A stretch of DNA of 64,000 nucleotides. Origin: Geosiphon pyriformis uo1 (Eukaryota > Fungi > Glomeromycota). The translations under genes and the position numbers were made by a program. Location of the stretch: positions 615,912-679,911 of the forward strand of contig JAAOMT010000590.1 in NCBI GenBank assembly GCA_016748015.1, given 5' to 3'. Shown piece after piece: positions 26,117 through 40,020 of this stretch (positions are counted from its first letter, which is position 1; each line of letters begins with the position of its first letter). The notes below the pieces were generated by a model. It worked only from the letters and a program-made list of their open reading frames with translations. It did not search any database and was not told the origin of the DNA.

Positions 26117-27272
26117 ATGGCTGTTCGTGAGTTTTTGTTTTATTATACCTTATTTTCCTCACAAATCTTAACTTTCTTTTCTAACCCTCATGGATAGGTG
26201 CACAATTTGAAAACAGTAACGACATAGGTGTGTTCTCCCGTCTCACAAACAAGTATTGTTTGGTGGCAATCGGAGGCTCTGAAAATTTTTACAGGTTTGC
26301 TACAAAACATTAATAAGTTAATATTGGAACTGAATATGATTTGAGGACCAAGAAACCCCACTCATTTTTCAGAATCACAGTGTTTTTGAGGGAGAATTAG
26401 GCGACGTAATCCCCGTTATCCATACCTCTATAGCAGGTACACGAATCATTGGTCGTCTCGTTGTTGGTAATGACTTGTTACTCACGTATTTGGCTTGTAA
26501 AAGATGAAATATCATGCTTAATGAAAAAATTAATTCCCCCTTCTTTGTGAAAATTGATATTATGGGTTGGCCATTTTAGGAAACAGCAAAGGTTTACTTG
26601 TTCCAAATACTACTTCAGACCAAGAACTTCAACATCTGCGTAATTCTCTTCCAGAATCTATTCAAATTCAACGTATTGAAGAACGCCTATCTGCATTAGG
26701 GAATGTGATTGCTTGCAATGATTACGTTGCTCTTGTTCATCCTGATATTGATCGTGAGACTCAAGAGATCATTAAAGATGTACTAGATGTTGAAGTATTT
26801 ACTCAAACAATCGCTGGAAATGTTTTGGTTGGCAGTTATTGTGCAATAAGTAATCAGGGTGGTCTGGTAATTTGATAAATAAATGAAATTGCTTCATTCC
26901 AATTTTTTTATCATGGTTTTAATTCATCGGAAAATCATTAGGTTCACCCACGAACAACGATCCAAGATCAAGACGAATTATCGTCATTGCTGCAAGTTCC
27001 ACTTGTTGTAAGTAATGAGGCCATCGCTTTCTTCGTCTCATTATACAGTTACTAAAAAAAATCCTGATATTTGGCTATAGGCTGGAACGATCAATCGAGG
27101 TTCAGACGTGATTGGCGCTGGATTGGTTGTGAATGATTGGTGCGCCTTTGCGGGTCTTGATAGCACTTCAACAGAATTATCAGTTGTCGAGAGTATCTTT
27201 AAACTGCATGACGCACAACCTACTGCTATTGTGAAAGATCTGCGTGATTCGCTTGTGGATACTTATATATAA
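26117..27272 (+). CDS. TIF6: Eukaryotic translation initiation factor 6 (multi-exon)
   Basis: MAVR|[95 protein letters not shown]. Confidence 0.97.
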
Positions 27273-28064
27273 AATGGACTCCCTAATTATACTAATTATA
27301 TAGAATCGTACGCTTTTTAAGGAAATAAAATTGTGAATTTTGATAAACACCTAACCATTATATTAGATCTTAATCGAATACAAAGCCTTATCCGTCACTC
27401 CACGTTTTCTACATTCTTGATAAATTTTTAGTTCTCATTCTTCCTAAAAAATATTTGCCTTTGGATATGGCCGATCAATATTGAAACCATCCATGCCTAG
27501 TTGAAATTTTAAGTACCCTAAAGTCGGCATTGATTGATAATCGATTCTCAAATTCACAATAAAATAGACTCCCAAAAATTCATATAACACGCTAAAAATT
27601 AGTTATTTGAGGAGAAACTAGTGATAGTTCTGGATTGCAACGGATCTGCCGGCTATTTCAACGAAATAGTGATATCCAAATGTTTGGTACAACAGTAGTA
27701 GTTAGTATTTTTTTGGAGATATTCAAGCAATAATTTGCGAATGTACACCAAAATGAGGGATTTTTCCTGTGGTAAAAGTAATTTGCTTACCAGCCTTTTC
27801 TAAAATTGCGGGGGTCTGAACAAAGGGGCCTGTCCCTAGTGGTATCGGTGCATGCTCATTTTCCACATTTTCTGGTCGCCCGATAAAGGAGACAGTAGCA
27901 AACAAAATGAATGAAACAAGAAATTCTCGACATTTCCTAAAGCTTGATTGTTCTTGCCGATAATGTTTTTAGTTTCAATTATAATTGGCAGTTTGATCGC
28001 TATTTTTATCTCCTGCCGGAAAAAAGTTCAATGGCCAAATTTGAGCTGAGATCTAAATCTTCTC

Positions 28065-30555
28065 TCAACTTAAATGAGTGGTTGAATTATAATGAAAACC
28101 TTTCTCCTCAGTTTTCAAATCGAAGCCATGATCCTCTTTGTAACTTATATTAGGATCTAAAAAATAAAATATTAAAAAAAAATAAGCTTTTGGTTACATT
28201 AGGTCATAAATATTTTTTTTATTATAAATGTAAGTTGAATGCATCCTAATCTATTTCCAAATAATTTACAATAAGTTTCAACACCTTGTTCTTCCCATGT
28301 GCCATCATTTTCTTTACTTTCATGGTTATTTTGCAAATTCAAATTCTCTTGATCTCTTGTCTCTTCGAATTGGTAAACAGTTTTTTGATCCGAAGCTATA
28401 AAAAACGGAGTATAATTAGTCATTGGGCGTTGATATATTTCTAGATAATAAACTCAGAATAAAATCTAGTTTCAAATTTAATGAAAACATTAATCAAGTG
28501 GTTTGCTGAACTCCAAAATACCTTCAAAATTTAATTCATGCACATTTTTTTTGTCATCATCCCAGGGGAGGTCCAGGTTGATACCATTGTGTTCACGCTC
28601 CGAAATTTCTGCCCAGCTAGATCCATTTCCAAATATTTCTTTCGGAGCTGATTCCTGGCTGGAATTTTTATCTACATCATTGATGAGAGATTCACCTTCA
28701 AATCTCCCTCTACGATCATAATTCCTACCCCTTCCAAAAAAGCCGCGCCCATTTCTTTTATCGTTATCACTTCTACGACGACGCGTGTTGTTTTGATTGC
28801 GATCTTCACGATGTTCTCCTCGGCCAAAACCACCTCGAGAATCTCCGAAATTACGTTGGGCTCGACTATCATCCCAGGTGGGTTCTGATTTTTCTTGGTC
28901 CCATTCACGCCACTCTCGGTTTTGAATTTTTCGCTGGGCATTTGCTTCTCGCTCGGAACTGGAGAAGCAAAATAAGTATAGTAAAATTTTTAAGTAACTA
29001 GGCACATCATACGCCCTCTTTGTTTGAATCGAAACAGAAATATACTTCATTTGAGCCTGCAATTGATTTTGCTGATAGAGGCGTCTCTCTCGTTCTTCCT
29101 CCTCCTCCTGCAATTTTTTCTTCTGCATTTCTTTATCTTTCAATTCTTGTTCCTTTCTTACTTTTTCGGCTTTTTTAAATTTCTCTTCATCTTCTTCGAC
29201 AATCTTTGAAAGAATACATCAGGTCTTAAAAATTAATGTTCCCTAAATTTAAAGAATACCTATTAAAGGGCATACTTTATGCTTCGCTTTTAACTTTTCG
29301 TTTACTATGACCATTCGCGCCATTTTTTCCTCTAATTCGTCTGTATTCAGTTTCTATGTCGATAAATCACGAAATTATGGTTAATGTAGGTCTACTTTTG
29401 AAATTGAGATATAAAACTCGACACACCCTTCGAGCCGCTCCAGTCTCTACGGACTCTGTGTTTGTATCTTTATCTTCAGGTTGAGTAGCCTTATCTGCTT
29501 CTGGGACTTGATCAATTTTGGGAGCATGGATACTCTCGTATAAACTTGTTTTTTTGTTACTCAAACCATTAACATCAGGTTCAGGCAAAGCGTCTATAAA
29601 AGAAAATAATGAAGCACATGTGAATATTGACATGTTGGTATCACGAATTAAGATAATATGAACGTTTTTTAAAGTTACCTTTAAATAGCCTGTTGGCTCC
29701 ATTCCAATCGGCGCGATTACGGCCACGACCAGGAATAATTTCTGGAGGAAGTCCTCTTTTGATGTTACTCTTTTGAAAGGATGCTTGTTCAAACCTACCA
29801 GCATTTCGATCAAAATCATTACGGTTTTGACGATATCGACCCGGGTCGCCCCTTCCTCTACCACGACCACCTTTAAAAGGTCTTCTATTATCTGGTGAAT
29901 AATTAAACGGTCTTTGCTTATAATTGCCATCATATTCTTCACCACGTTGAGGCCAGGAAGGGCGTTCAGAGGTCTCCTGAAAGTGATTATTCCGAGGGGT
30001 ATTCCAATTTTGAGATTCGGTCGAAAGATCTACAGTTGGCTGAGATGCCTCAGTAACATTCCACCCTCGATCTTCGGATTCCATGTTAAATTCATTATTC
30101 CCCGACACTTCAGAAGGTGGAAGTTTTGACGCACCCCAACCTTGCTCAACAACGTCGGCTTTACGTCCCCAGCCTTCAATTTTTTTTTCTTTATTAACGA
30201 GAATTGGTTCAGGCTGGGTGTTTCCCTTGGGAGTTTGGTCCCATGAGGCAGATTCTCCGTCCCACCATTTCTCCATTTTAGGACTTGGGCTTTCGTTTTT
30301 TTTTTTTGGAACAGCAGGTGGTAGGTGATTTTTTTTCTTTGAGACTTGTTCCCATGGAGGAAGGTCTCGGTCCCATTTCCTATCGTTTGAACGAGCTGAG
30401 CCCCACCCTTCCTCTATTTTCTCTGAGCCTTTTACATTATTAGTAGCAGATTCCCAGGGAAAGGGTCCTGTCCACTCTGTAGTCTCTTGCCATTTCGCGC
30501 CGTCTGTAGCGCCTGAGGCTTTTGAAGAAGGTGGATCACCCCAAGAGTCAGACAT
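28065..30555 (-). CDS. Disordered W/GW- and RGG-rich protein with CCDC9-like coiled-coil and REWD motifs (multi-exon)
   Basis: Exon 1 30555-29679. Later exons encode ELEEKMARMVIVNEKLKAKHK|IVEEDEEKF and EREANAQRKIQNREWREWDQEK, which resemble CCDC9 motifs as I recall them. Last exon ends at TGA 28065. Confidence 0.65.
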
Positions 30556-30980
30556 GTTGATTGTAGACTTCTTGAAATTTTAAGTCAAAAAGCACTTTTC
30601 AGGCTTAAAATAGATAATAATATCTCTTGATCAGTATATTTACAGTTAGCTTGGTAGAAGAAGTGTAATCTGTAACAATTAAATAGTGTTTATTTATAAA
30701 ATTTATGACTTTGAAAATTTCCAACTTCTTTGTTAAAGAACACAAGAGTGTCACAAATTAGTAGTAGATAGTATTGTTTGTTGCAAAAGATAATATAAAA
30801 GGAAAGACCGGGTGAGGAATTCCCTCATCCGTGATGCTTTTCTTGATAATCTGTTTTTTAAGTTGAGATGATAATCTTAGAACATTAAATGATCCAATTA
30901 AATTCCACAATTCCAGAAACTCAACATGTGACAAAGAATTTAAGAAAACCTCGGGTTGGCAAGGAAAAAGCGATAAAATA

Positions 30981-32307
30981 ATGCCCACTCTGATTTCACC
31001 TTCGGAACGTGATTACATTTTACGTGGTGTTGAGACGAATATTCGCGCGGACGGTAGAGGTCGTCATGACCTACGTCAAATTACCTTTGAAACAGGTATT
31101 ATTTCTCAATGTAGTGGGAGTGCCCGGTGTCGCCTCGGGGAAGGTACTGATGTGCTGGTAGGAGTAAAAGTGGAAATTGGGGACATAGAAATAGACGGGG
31201 CTGAAGAAGACTTTGGTGGGAAAAAGGCAAAACGAGGGAAAGTAATCTGCAGCGTCGAGTGGTAATGATTAGAAATTGGGTTTAAGTTCACAAAATCACA
31301 CGATGATTTACAATCTATATCTGTCCTTTGCTTAATTTTTATTTCAAGATATTAATTGTTTCTACTGAATCTTTTGCCTTTTGATTTACTATCCCTGCAT
31401 TTACTCTAATATTAAGCTCTCCCATCGCTTCTCAGCAATTTGCCGGGCGAGCAGCCGAGGACTATAACAATGAGCTGGCACAAATCCTTGATCATGTATT
31501 TAATGGCCCTCAAGGTGGAATCAATCTTGAGAAGCTGTGTATAATACCAGGCCAGCAATGTTGGATTGTTTACATTGACGCTTTAGTAAGTTTTATCCTT
31601 TTTACTTTTAAGTATTAATTGAGTTATTTAGCATGAAATTTACTTCCTTCAGGTTCTTGATTATGCCGGGAATATTTTAGACACAATTTTCGTAACTACA
31701 CGAGCCGCACTTTTCAACACTCGAGTGCCAAAGACATCCGTACAGGAAAATGAAGGAATAATGGAAATAGAAGTATTTGATGACGTAGATCAAGCTGAAA
31801 GGATAGTTGGATGGGATCAAGTTCCAATTGCAGTGACGTTAAACAAGGTATTCAAAAGGAAAGGAGAACAGGGAACAAGGGTAGCAGTATAGTCACCCAC
31901 AAAAAACATTGGTTTTTGATTTCACAATATTTTATAGATAGGATCCCGCCATATAATTGACGCCACTCCTTTAGAAGAGCTTACGACGGAAGCAAAAATT
32001 CTTATAATAGTCAATAAAAAAGGAAAACTTTGTGGAATACAAAAAAGTGGGGAGGGCAGTATTGAGCCCAGTCTGCTCAGCGAAATGATTCAGGTAAAAA
32101 AGATAATTTTTTTTTGTAAAAAGATTTGCTTATTGGAAATTGAGTCTCTGTTCCGATCATCACTCGTAAATTCAGACTGGCAGAACAATAGGTCAGAAAA
32201 TGATTCGTGTACTTGACGATAATCTTCAAAGAGAAGAAGCAGAAATGAACAGTAAAAGAGTTAAAGGACAACAGTTCGAGAAACTTGGATTCTTTGGGGC
32301 AACATAA
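30981..32307 (+). CDS. RRP42: Exosome RNase PH-like subunit Rrp42/EXOSC7 (multi-exon)
   Basis: ISPSERDYILRGVETNIRADGR..SGSARCRLG..TDVLVGVKVE; LEKLCIIPGQQCWIVYIDAL; GIQKSGEGSI; ends KLGFFGAT*. Confidence 0.9.
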
Positions 32308-32730
32308 AAATTTGTCCTTAAAAACAGGGATCAAATATTTTTGAAATAATCAAGATTTTCGTTTGATACATACTATTTTTCAATCTCCTACTCACAAATA
32401 TTATTCAACTATATTTCCGAGTCAAGGCAATATTTCTAATTTTGCTTTTTCGAGAAACTCAAGGATCACCCACTTTAACAGTTCTTTATTCATTTATAAT
32501 TCAATGCTCTCTCAAAATTATAATACCAAAAAAATTGACATACTATATACAGAATAAAGTTGGTGAAACATTCTACTCTTGATTCAGTAAATAAGGGCAA
32601 AATGAAACCGTTTCCCCACTTTATTCTTTGAAAAAGGAAGTGATCGGCATTCAAAAATTGGCTCATGTTCATCTTACATTGATCTGCTGTTCTATGCCTA
32701 TTATCTAGCCTCAATCCTTTACTTACTGAA

Positions 32731-33273
32731 ATGCGAATCACGACCGAAGAAGATGTTAACCAGATGTATAAGGAAACTTTAAGAGGTGGTATTTTTGGAG
32801 GGGCAAAAGCATTCTTGGTCATTGGTTTTTGTTCAGTTATTGCGCAGTGGGCTTGGCCATATTATCGAGGGTTAACATTGCCTATTAAGGTGAGACAGAA
32901 GTTGTAGCATTAAATAACGCCATGAATGTAACTCAATATTCATTTGGTCATTCGTACTTCCTGAGATAGACTTATGGCGTAGTAGCAGGTAAGTTTTTGA
33001 GCATAACATACTTAATTTTGTTGGGGTAACTTCTTTGATGTCGTATACCGCGTTCGATGATGTATCCCGGAATTAATTATTTTCCTTTGATTTATCTTGG
33101 GAAAAATTTTGGTTTCATTTAAACGCGAAGCAACAACAGCCGGAACCGTAATCTCTGCTGAACGCAGAATGCTCGACTATGAACGCCGCAAACACAAGAA
33201 AGAGGCGTATCTTGCCAGACGTCGACGACAAGAAATTTTTTCAGCTGGGACTACAGGGAGTGCAGAATCTTGA
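32731..33273 (+). CDS. Small mitochondrial inner-membrane protein like the Rcf2 N-terminal half / Rcf3, ~106 aa; exons 32731-32889, 32969-32987, 33131-33273
   Basis: MRITTEEDVNQMYKETLRGGIFGGAKAFLVIGFCSVIAQWAWPYYRGLTLPIK|TYGVVA|ATTAGTVISAERRMLDYERR; two TM segments and an xRxLTLPxK motif; not in the ORF track. Confidence 0.72.
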
Positions 33274-35749
33274 TGATCATTAACCCTATTCATTCGTAGA
33301 CTGGTTTGGGGTTCGATTTGAGCTAATTTCTTGTTTAGTTTGGTTTTCAATGAAACCATAATTTGATTGGATGATAAACTATTACATCAAGATTATTCCT
33401 TTTTAGATTGGTTTGGGTTGCTGCTGCTGCTGCTGCCTGCCTGCCTGCCTGCCCATGCGACACTTCAAAATTAGGCTCTCCTTAACTTTAATATTTGATA
33501 TGGGTGAACCATGTTATAATCACAAGTTGTGTATTACAAAATTCCCAAATATGTATGACGTATTGAACAGATCTTTGGAAACAATGGGATCATGAAACAT
33601 ATGAAACTTGATTTGCATGAATAGCGTGGAATGGTTTTTCTTTTTTGCTTTTTTTGTTGGGCAACAAAGTTGATCAATGGGTTTTTTTTTCCGCATATCC
33701 AATGCAATCGCACAATTTTGGAAACTTGGTTTCATGCTCTTGCGAACTGAAGATTCATTTATTATTTTTACTATTCTTGGGATCATTGTAAAAAAAATTT
33801 TATAATGGGAAATTATTTATTTATTTAATTTTTTTTTGAAATTTTCTATTGAATAAATTAGTATTAGGATTAGTCATTGTGATACCAATTTTGAAATGAA
33901 TATAAATATATATATATATATATATGTATATATGGGAATTTCTAGTTTTTTAATTTATTTTTAAAAACAGTGAAAATTTTATTAATTATAAAAAGGGAAA
34001 TGAAAAATCAGGTTTTATTTGATCGAATAAAATAAAAAAAATTTGAATGTCACATAAAAAAATTTTTTTTTTAAACTTGTTGATTCAAGGATAAATAAAT
34101 AGATAGATAGATAAATAAATAAATAAATAAATAAATTTTTTCATTTTAAATAAAAAACATTTCATAATGATTATTTTTTATTGAAAAGATGTTTTTTTTT
34201 ATTTTTTATTTTTTATTTTTTATTTTTTATTATATTTAAACAATTGTAAATCTGAAAAAATAATTTTTAACTTAATTTAAATTATCACATGATAATAATT
34301 TTCCATATCGGTTATTATTATGATTCAAAAATAGTAATTATATTCATTTTTTTTTAATCTCGATATATATTTTTTTTCTTTCTTTCTTTCTTTCTTTAAA
34401 CCAAATTTTGAAAATCTACCAAAATCGAGCCTAAATAATATTTAAAATTATTGTTTATATAAAATTGAAATTAAAAATCTCAAAAAACGATAAATCACAC
34501 ACACACAGGTCATTCAAATAAGTTGAAAACCTTTTTTTTTTTGATTTTTTTAATCGTTTATCTTTGATCTTTGGATATTAAGTTTTACCTTTTAAGTTCA
34601 TAATTAAAGCCCGATAATGCCGGTAAACTTTAATTTTTTTTGGAGAAATATGTTTGTTGAAATCGTATTCCTTCATAGAACCCAATTATAGGAAACAATA
34701 TTTCCCCCACTTTTCTCTTTTGAAGGTAGTATAAAAACCCAATATCATCAAAATATTACATTTATTTTATCATTTGTTTCCTCGGGTTTTTTTATGTTTT
34801 TTTTGGTCAATCATTCAATTATGATTCTGATCCACACATTTTTGAGGAGACCAAAAGAATTTTCATCGATATCCTTTTTATCTCCTATTTTGATTTGCTT
34901 TTTTAATTTTTTTTTTTATGGAAAACAACAAACATTAATTTGTTAAATTTGTAATTCTCTTAAAGATATCCATTTTTTAATACTTTTACTTTTTACCGCT
35001 AATGATTACGAAAACTTTGTACATTTGCATGAGATGCTATTATAATCATTCAAATTTAAAGTTACATCATCTTTCATCTTTAAAATCATTTCTTCATTAT
35101 ATTACAAAAAAGGTATCAATTTTCAAAAAATCTCTCCTTTTTAAATAATTTCCAAAACTACTTTCTAGCTTCCTGCCCCACTCACTTCTATGATATCTGT
35201 TTTCTCATTTAGGATCCCTAACCCTAACCCTATATCACTCATTCACACGATAAAAATTGCTTCCTTTCAAAGACAGGGAAGAAAAGAGAAGGTTACCCAA
35301 TTTCCAAAAAAGAAATGTTAAAAAAGAGACCACGATTCTAAAACCCCCACCTGTTCCCCCAATCAAAAATCAATTTGATTTTTGATCATTTTTTCATTGT
35401 GATAAAATGATTTGGGGTTAGATCTGCTAGGTGATACCTGAATGGAATTTTATCATCGAGCTGTTTACATAATGATATCATAAAACAAAAATATTAAATC
35501 AAAAAAAAAAAGTGTATTGTTCCATATAGACTATCCAATGTTTGATATTATTTATTGTTATTATTTTTAATTTTTTATCATAGAGTTATTTAGGATTCTT
35601 GAAAAAAAGAAAAAAAAGGAGGGATCCCAAATACGCATTATTAAGTATATATATTACATACATAATGTATATAAAATATCATTGCCTTAATCGTTTCATA
35701 TTCAGAGAAGCCCAACGTTTCACAATTCCTTCGCCCTTTTGTTAATGAC

Positions 35750-35838
35750 GAACAACAACAACAACAACAACAACAACAGCAACCTGTGTCATTGAGATTA
35801 ATGGGTACCCAATCACAATAATAATAATAATAATTAAT

Positions 35839-35880
<42 letters not shown>

Positions 35881-35911
35881 GAAATAATAATAAGAAATAA
35901 TAATAATAAGA

Positions 35912-35943
<32 letters not shown>

Positions 35944-35948
35944 GAAAT

Positions 35949-36009
<61 letters not shown>

Positions 36010-36022
36010 GATTATAATAATA
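35750..36022. repeat. (AAC)n and long (AAT)n/(AAGAAATAATAAT)n microsatellites
   Basis: Directly visible. Confidence 0.9.
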
Positions 36023-36748
36023 GCTAAAGGGAAAATTGTCCTAATTCGTCTAGTTTTCTTTTAAATCCCATAAGACCATTGGCAGGGAAACAATGCGTTG
36101 CCAATTCTGTATGTGTACCATAACTAATCAACTCATCCAATCACATCATCATGGGAACCCAGTTTCGAAGACAATGTAAAAAGTTTACCGTAGCAGAAAC
36201 AGTGCCTCAGTTTTACCGTGTTTGCCAGACTTGTCAGTTGGTCTGATAGTAGTTTAAACTATCTGTCTGTCTGTCTGTCTGTCTTGCTTGCTTGCTTGTA
36301 CTTCTCCCACTGCTGTGTTGTAACCCGGCTACTTTTCAAGAGAGAAACTCGGATAGATAGCAGTCACCTCGCCGTCGTCCCATAAACTTTCTTTCCGTCG
36401 TCGTTTACTCCCACCCCTTCTTCTCCCCCTACTGTTCCTTTCTTTTTTCTTTTTGTAATAATATTCTTACTTTCAACGTCCTGTCAATTCCATCCACGAA
36501 CTCCTTTTCTCTCACTTTTTCTACATACTTTTTCTTACTATTTCCGCGAACCCTTACTTTCTCACCAAATCAAGTTTTCCCAAAGCGTTTTTGTTTGTTT
36601 GTTTGATTGAATAGCGTTTTCTTTTTGATACCCTTTCTTTGGTACCTTTTGAAGAAAACCACGTTTCTTTGAAGATTTTTTCAAAGAGCCTAACGAGACC
36701 CCTAACACGTCTACCAAAAAATTCTTTCACTTTTAAAACACTCAAAAA

Positions 36749-37971
36749 ATGTCTTCAAAAGCTCAACCAATCAATAACGATGTCAGTCTTTTGTCTTCCT
36801 CGTCTTCCAGTCGACGTTCTAGTCGTAGCAATAGTAAAAATAATGTTACTAGTAGTACTGCTGCGTCCTCTCCCGCAGTCTCACAATACTCTTACATTGT
36901 AACCCTTCCAACTAAAACACCAACACTGTTGCCAATGTCTTCAAGCTTAGAAAATCAATCAACAAATTCTAAAACAGGTATCGGTGTTGATCCAGGTCGA
37001 AATTATTCAATCGTCTTATCGGAAATTATTACTACGCTTGATCCGGGGACCAATACAAAAATTTTACAACAAACAACACTTTCGATCGAAGAATTGATAA
37101 AACCAAAAGGCAAATTTCGAAATGGTGCTCCACCGCGTCCCCAGAATCCATGGGTGATCTATCGTAAAGATCTTCAGGCGAAATTGGTCGCTGAACAAGG
37201 GGCCGAAATTGAGTTTGGTGCGAGAGTTGGTTCGATATCGAGAATGGCCTCAGAGAAATGGAATAATGAACCGCAAGAGGTGAAGCAAGTATATGAAATA
37301 ATTGCCGAAGTTGCCAAACGCGTCCATGAACAAATGTTTCCCAATTACAAATATAAACCGAGAAGAAAACATACCACCACCACTTATTCGGTAATTCCTT
37401 TTTTTCTGTTGATTAATTGTTTCTTTCTTTCTCCGCGATACACACATTTAAAAAAAAAATTCTCGAATATTGAAATATTCCGATTTTCCCACTTTCTAAT
37501 CATAAAATTTTACTTCTCTTTCTTTTTATTCTTTGCAGCGAAGAAGTTCAAGTGCTTCCGATATTAGTATGGATGGCTGCAAGAGGAATGTTGGCGATTT
37601 CAAAAGCAACACTTCCTCTTTCCAAATTGAACGACTTGATCGAAGAAAGTCGAATGGATCGGATTGCAATTATGATACTAAGAAGCATTTACTTAATGAT
37701 CATAATAGTAATCATAATAATTTCAATGTCCTAAATTCTCCGCCATATATCAATCCGTCTTTATTGAAGAAACCTTACCCTTCTCCTCCGTTAACTTCAG
37801 GAGTTTCTTCATCTTCATTTATTCATTCTTCCCCATATCTGGCGGTTGGACATGGACCTGGACCTGGAAAAAGTTCGGCAACTTCACCTAATACTTATCC
37901 GATATCTCTGAATCAATCCTCATTATTGCCCTGGGTAATTTCCACCCCACCAGTATCTTCACGATCATCAG

Positions 37972-38004
<33 letters not shown>

Positions 38005-38187
38005 CGTCGATGATAAATTCAACAACAACAACAACAACAGCAGCAGCAGCAGCAGCAGAAGGTCTACAGCAACACAATAACAATCCATCACGGACACTGT
38101 ATGATACAACACCCACTTCAAATGTTTTCAATGACGTTGCCCCACCACAGCATACCACTATAAACACAAACACTAACACCAACTACA

Positions 38188-38218
<31 letters not shown>

Positions 38219-38372
38219 AGTTACTTATATCAATCCCAATGAATCGAATTTACATAGTCTCGATCAACTTTCTGGATCACAATCAGTGAATGGTTTGTTA
38301 GAAATTTATCCTCCAATCACTTGGATGGTTGACTATGATCGAAATTTGACAAGACTATTCGGGGCTCCGTGA
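36749..38372 (+). CDS. MATA-type HMG-box transcription factor (intron 37391-37538)
   Basis: PPRPQNPWVIYRKDLQAKL..ISRMASEKWNNEPQEVKQVYEIIAEVAKRVHEQMFPNYKYKPRRK; low-complexity S/T/A/H C-terminus. Confidence 0.9.
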
Positions 38373-39572
38373 AAATGGAAACATACAAAAGCCTCTTTTG
38401 ATGTACATAATATAACAACGGCTGGCCCAACCCCTGTCGTATTTCTGAAATTACTCAATCTGGTATTGACTAATTAATGGATATGACAGTACAAATATAC
38501 TGTAACCAAGATCATTATCATCATTCTTACCTGGAAACCTGTATTCAGAAAGTTAAGATGCAGCTAAAATCAAAAAGGATCCTTTTTTTTAAAAAAAAAA
38601 ATCTCTTTGAATTTTTCAACCGTTTCAATTAGCTCATTGTTAACTTTTTAGCCACCCACGTTTTCTTTGTGTGTGCTTTTGCCGTGGAGAAAATTTCTAA
38701 AGGTTTATTCTTTTCCGAATTCTAGCTTTTTGGTCATTAAAACTTTTCTGATGCAGTTTCTAGGCCGGCAACAGAGTACTTATCGTAGGTATCCAAGTTT
38801 ATTTTTGCATTTTATGAACACGAAGCATCTATGGAGAGGGGAGGCGGAATAGCGAGAGATCTACAAAAGACCATTTTGTAGTATTGTATTTAGTATAGTA
38901 TAATTATTATTTGTTTGAAAGATTTCATCACAAAAAAAAAATAATAAATTCTCTCAACTTGAAGTTGAAAGTTCAATTATCATGATCTTGATATTTTGGA
39001 TTAAAATTTTGACAATTGATTTTAATGATTTTGGACATGAAAATTTTCAAGTTTGAAGCATAATACTGTTCAAAGAATAAGATTATCGACCATATATTCA
39101 CATGGCTGAAATTTATTCGAGCATGAATTTATGTTTAAAAATAGATTTAAATGCAATACCAGCTAAATATCCAAAAATTTGCGGTTCATGATAAGATCAA
39201 GATCCCTCTATTCAAACCAATCTTCTACAATCAAGAGATAGACCAATAAACACATCTCCGAAATTAAAACTATTTTTTATTTTTTGAAAACTATATGCGA
39301 TTTGGGTAAGAGCGGATTACTTCCTTTGCAATATCAACAGTTGAAATAGACCATCCCTTGCGTCCCAATATTTAACCTTAAAAAAAGGTAGATTTTTCTA
39401 CCTCCTTAATAAAATTACAAATAAAAAATCTTTCGAAGAGGACTTTTATTTTTGTGGATCGAGCCGATCACAAGATTGGTCTGAATCATAATATATATAT
39501 ATATATGCAAAAATATAACAAAAAGGGATTGATGCAGAGTGCCAAAAATAAATATTTTGCTAGCATTTTCAA

Positions 39573-39626
<54 letters not shown>

Positions 39627-39918
39627 GATGGTGAATCGTAAATTAAAAAACTTTTTAAAATAAGATGTTACAATAAATTAATTCCAAATATAATATCTCA
39701 TTTCAATATGGTTTATAATTTCATCTCCTATATTATTTCTTTATTTAAATTAGTATTTCAATAAATAATCTTATTGACAATAAAAAATTTTGAAATTATT
39801 TCAAATTAAAGTTAGCCATTAAACTTTAATATAAATGTGATTTATTATTTTTTAATAAAAATTATTGTAAAATTATAATTTATATATTATAAAAAAATTA
39901 TATTCCAAGTTTATAATT

Positions 39919-39988
<70 letters not shown>

Positions 39989-40020
39989 GTTATTATTGTT
40001 ATTATTATTAAAAATGGTTG

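Noticed and set aside
27560-27835. RNase MRP/P RNA (ACAAAGGGGCCT resembles CR-V)
   Set aside because: No matching CR-I GAnAGUCCCC-type partner found.
34869-34877. ATATCCTTT, a U12-type 5' splice-site motif
   Set aside because: Intergenic, with no exon context or clear branch site; the introns I traced are ordinary GT-AG.
35216-35231. CCCTAACCCTAACCCT telomere-like repeat
   Set aside because: Under three units and interstitial; at most a telobox-like site.
36749-38372. HMG gene as a mating-type (sexM/sexP) locus
   Set aside because: Lacks the flanking TPT/RNA helicase genes of Mucorales sex loci, and MATA-HMG genes are numerous in glomeromycetes.
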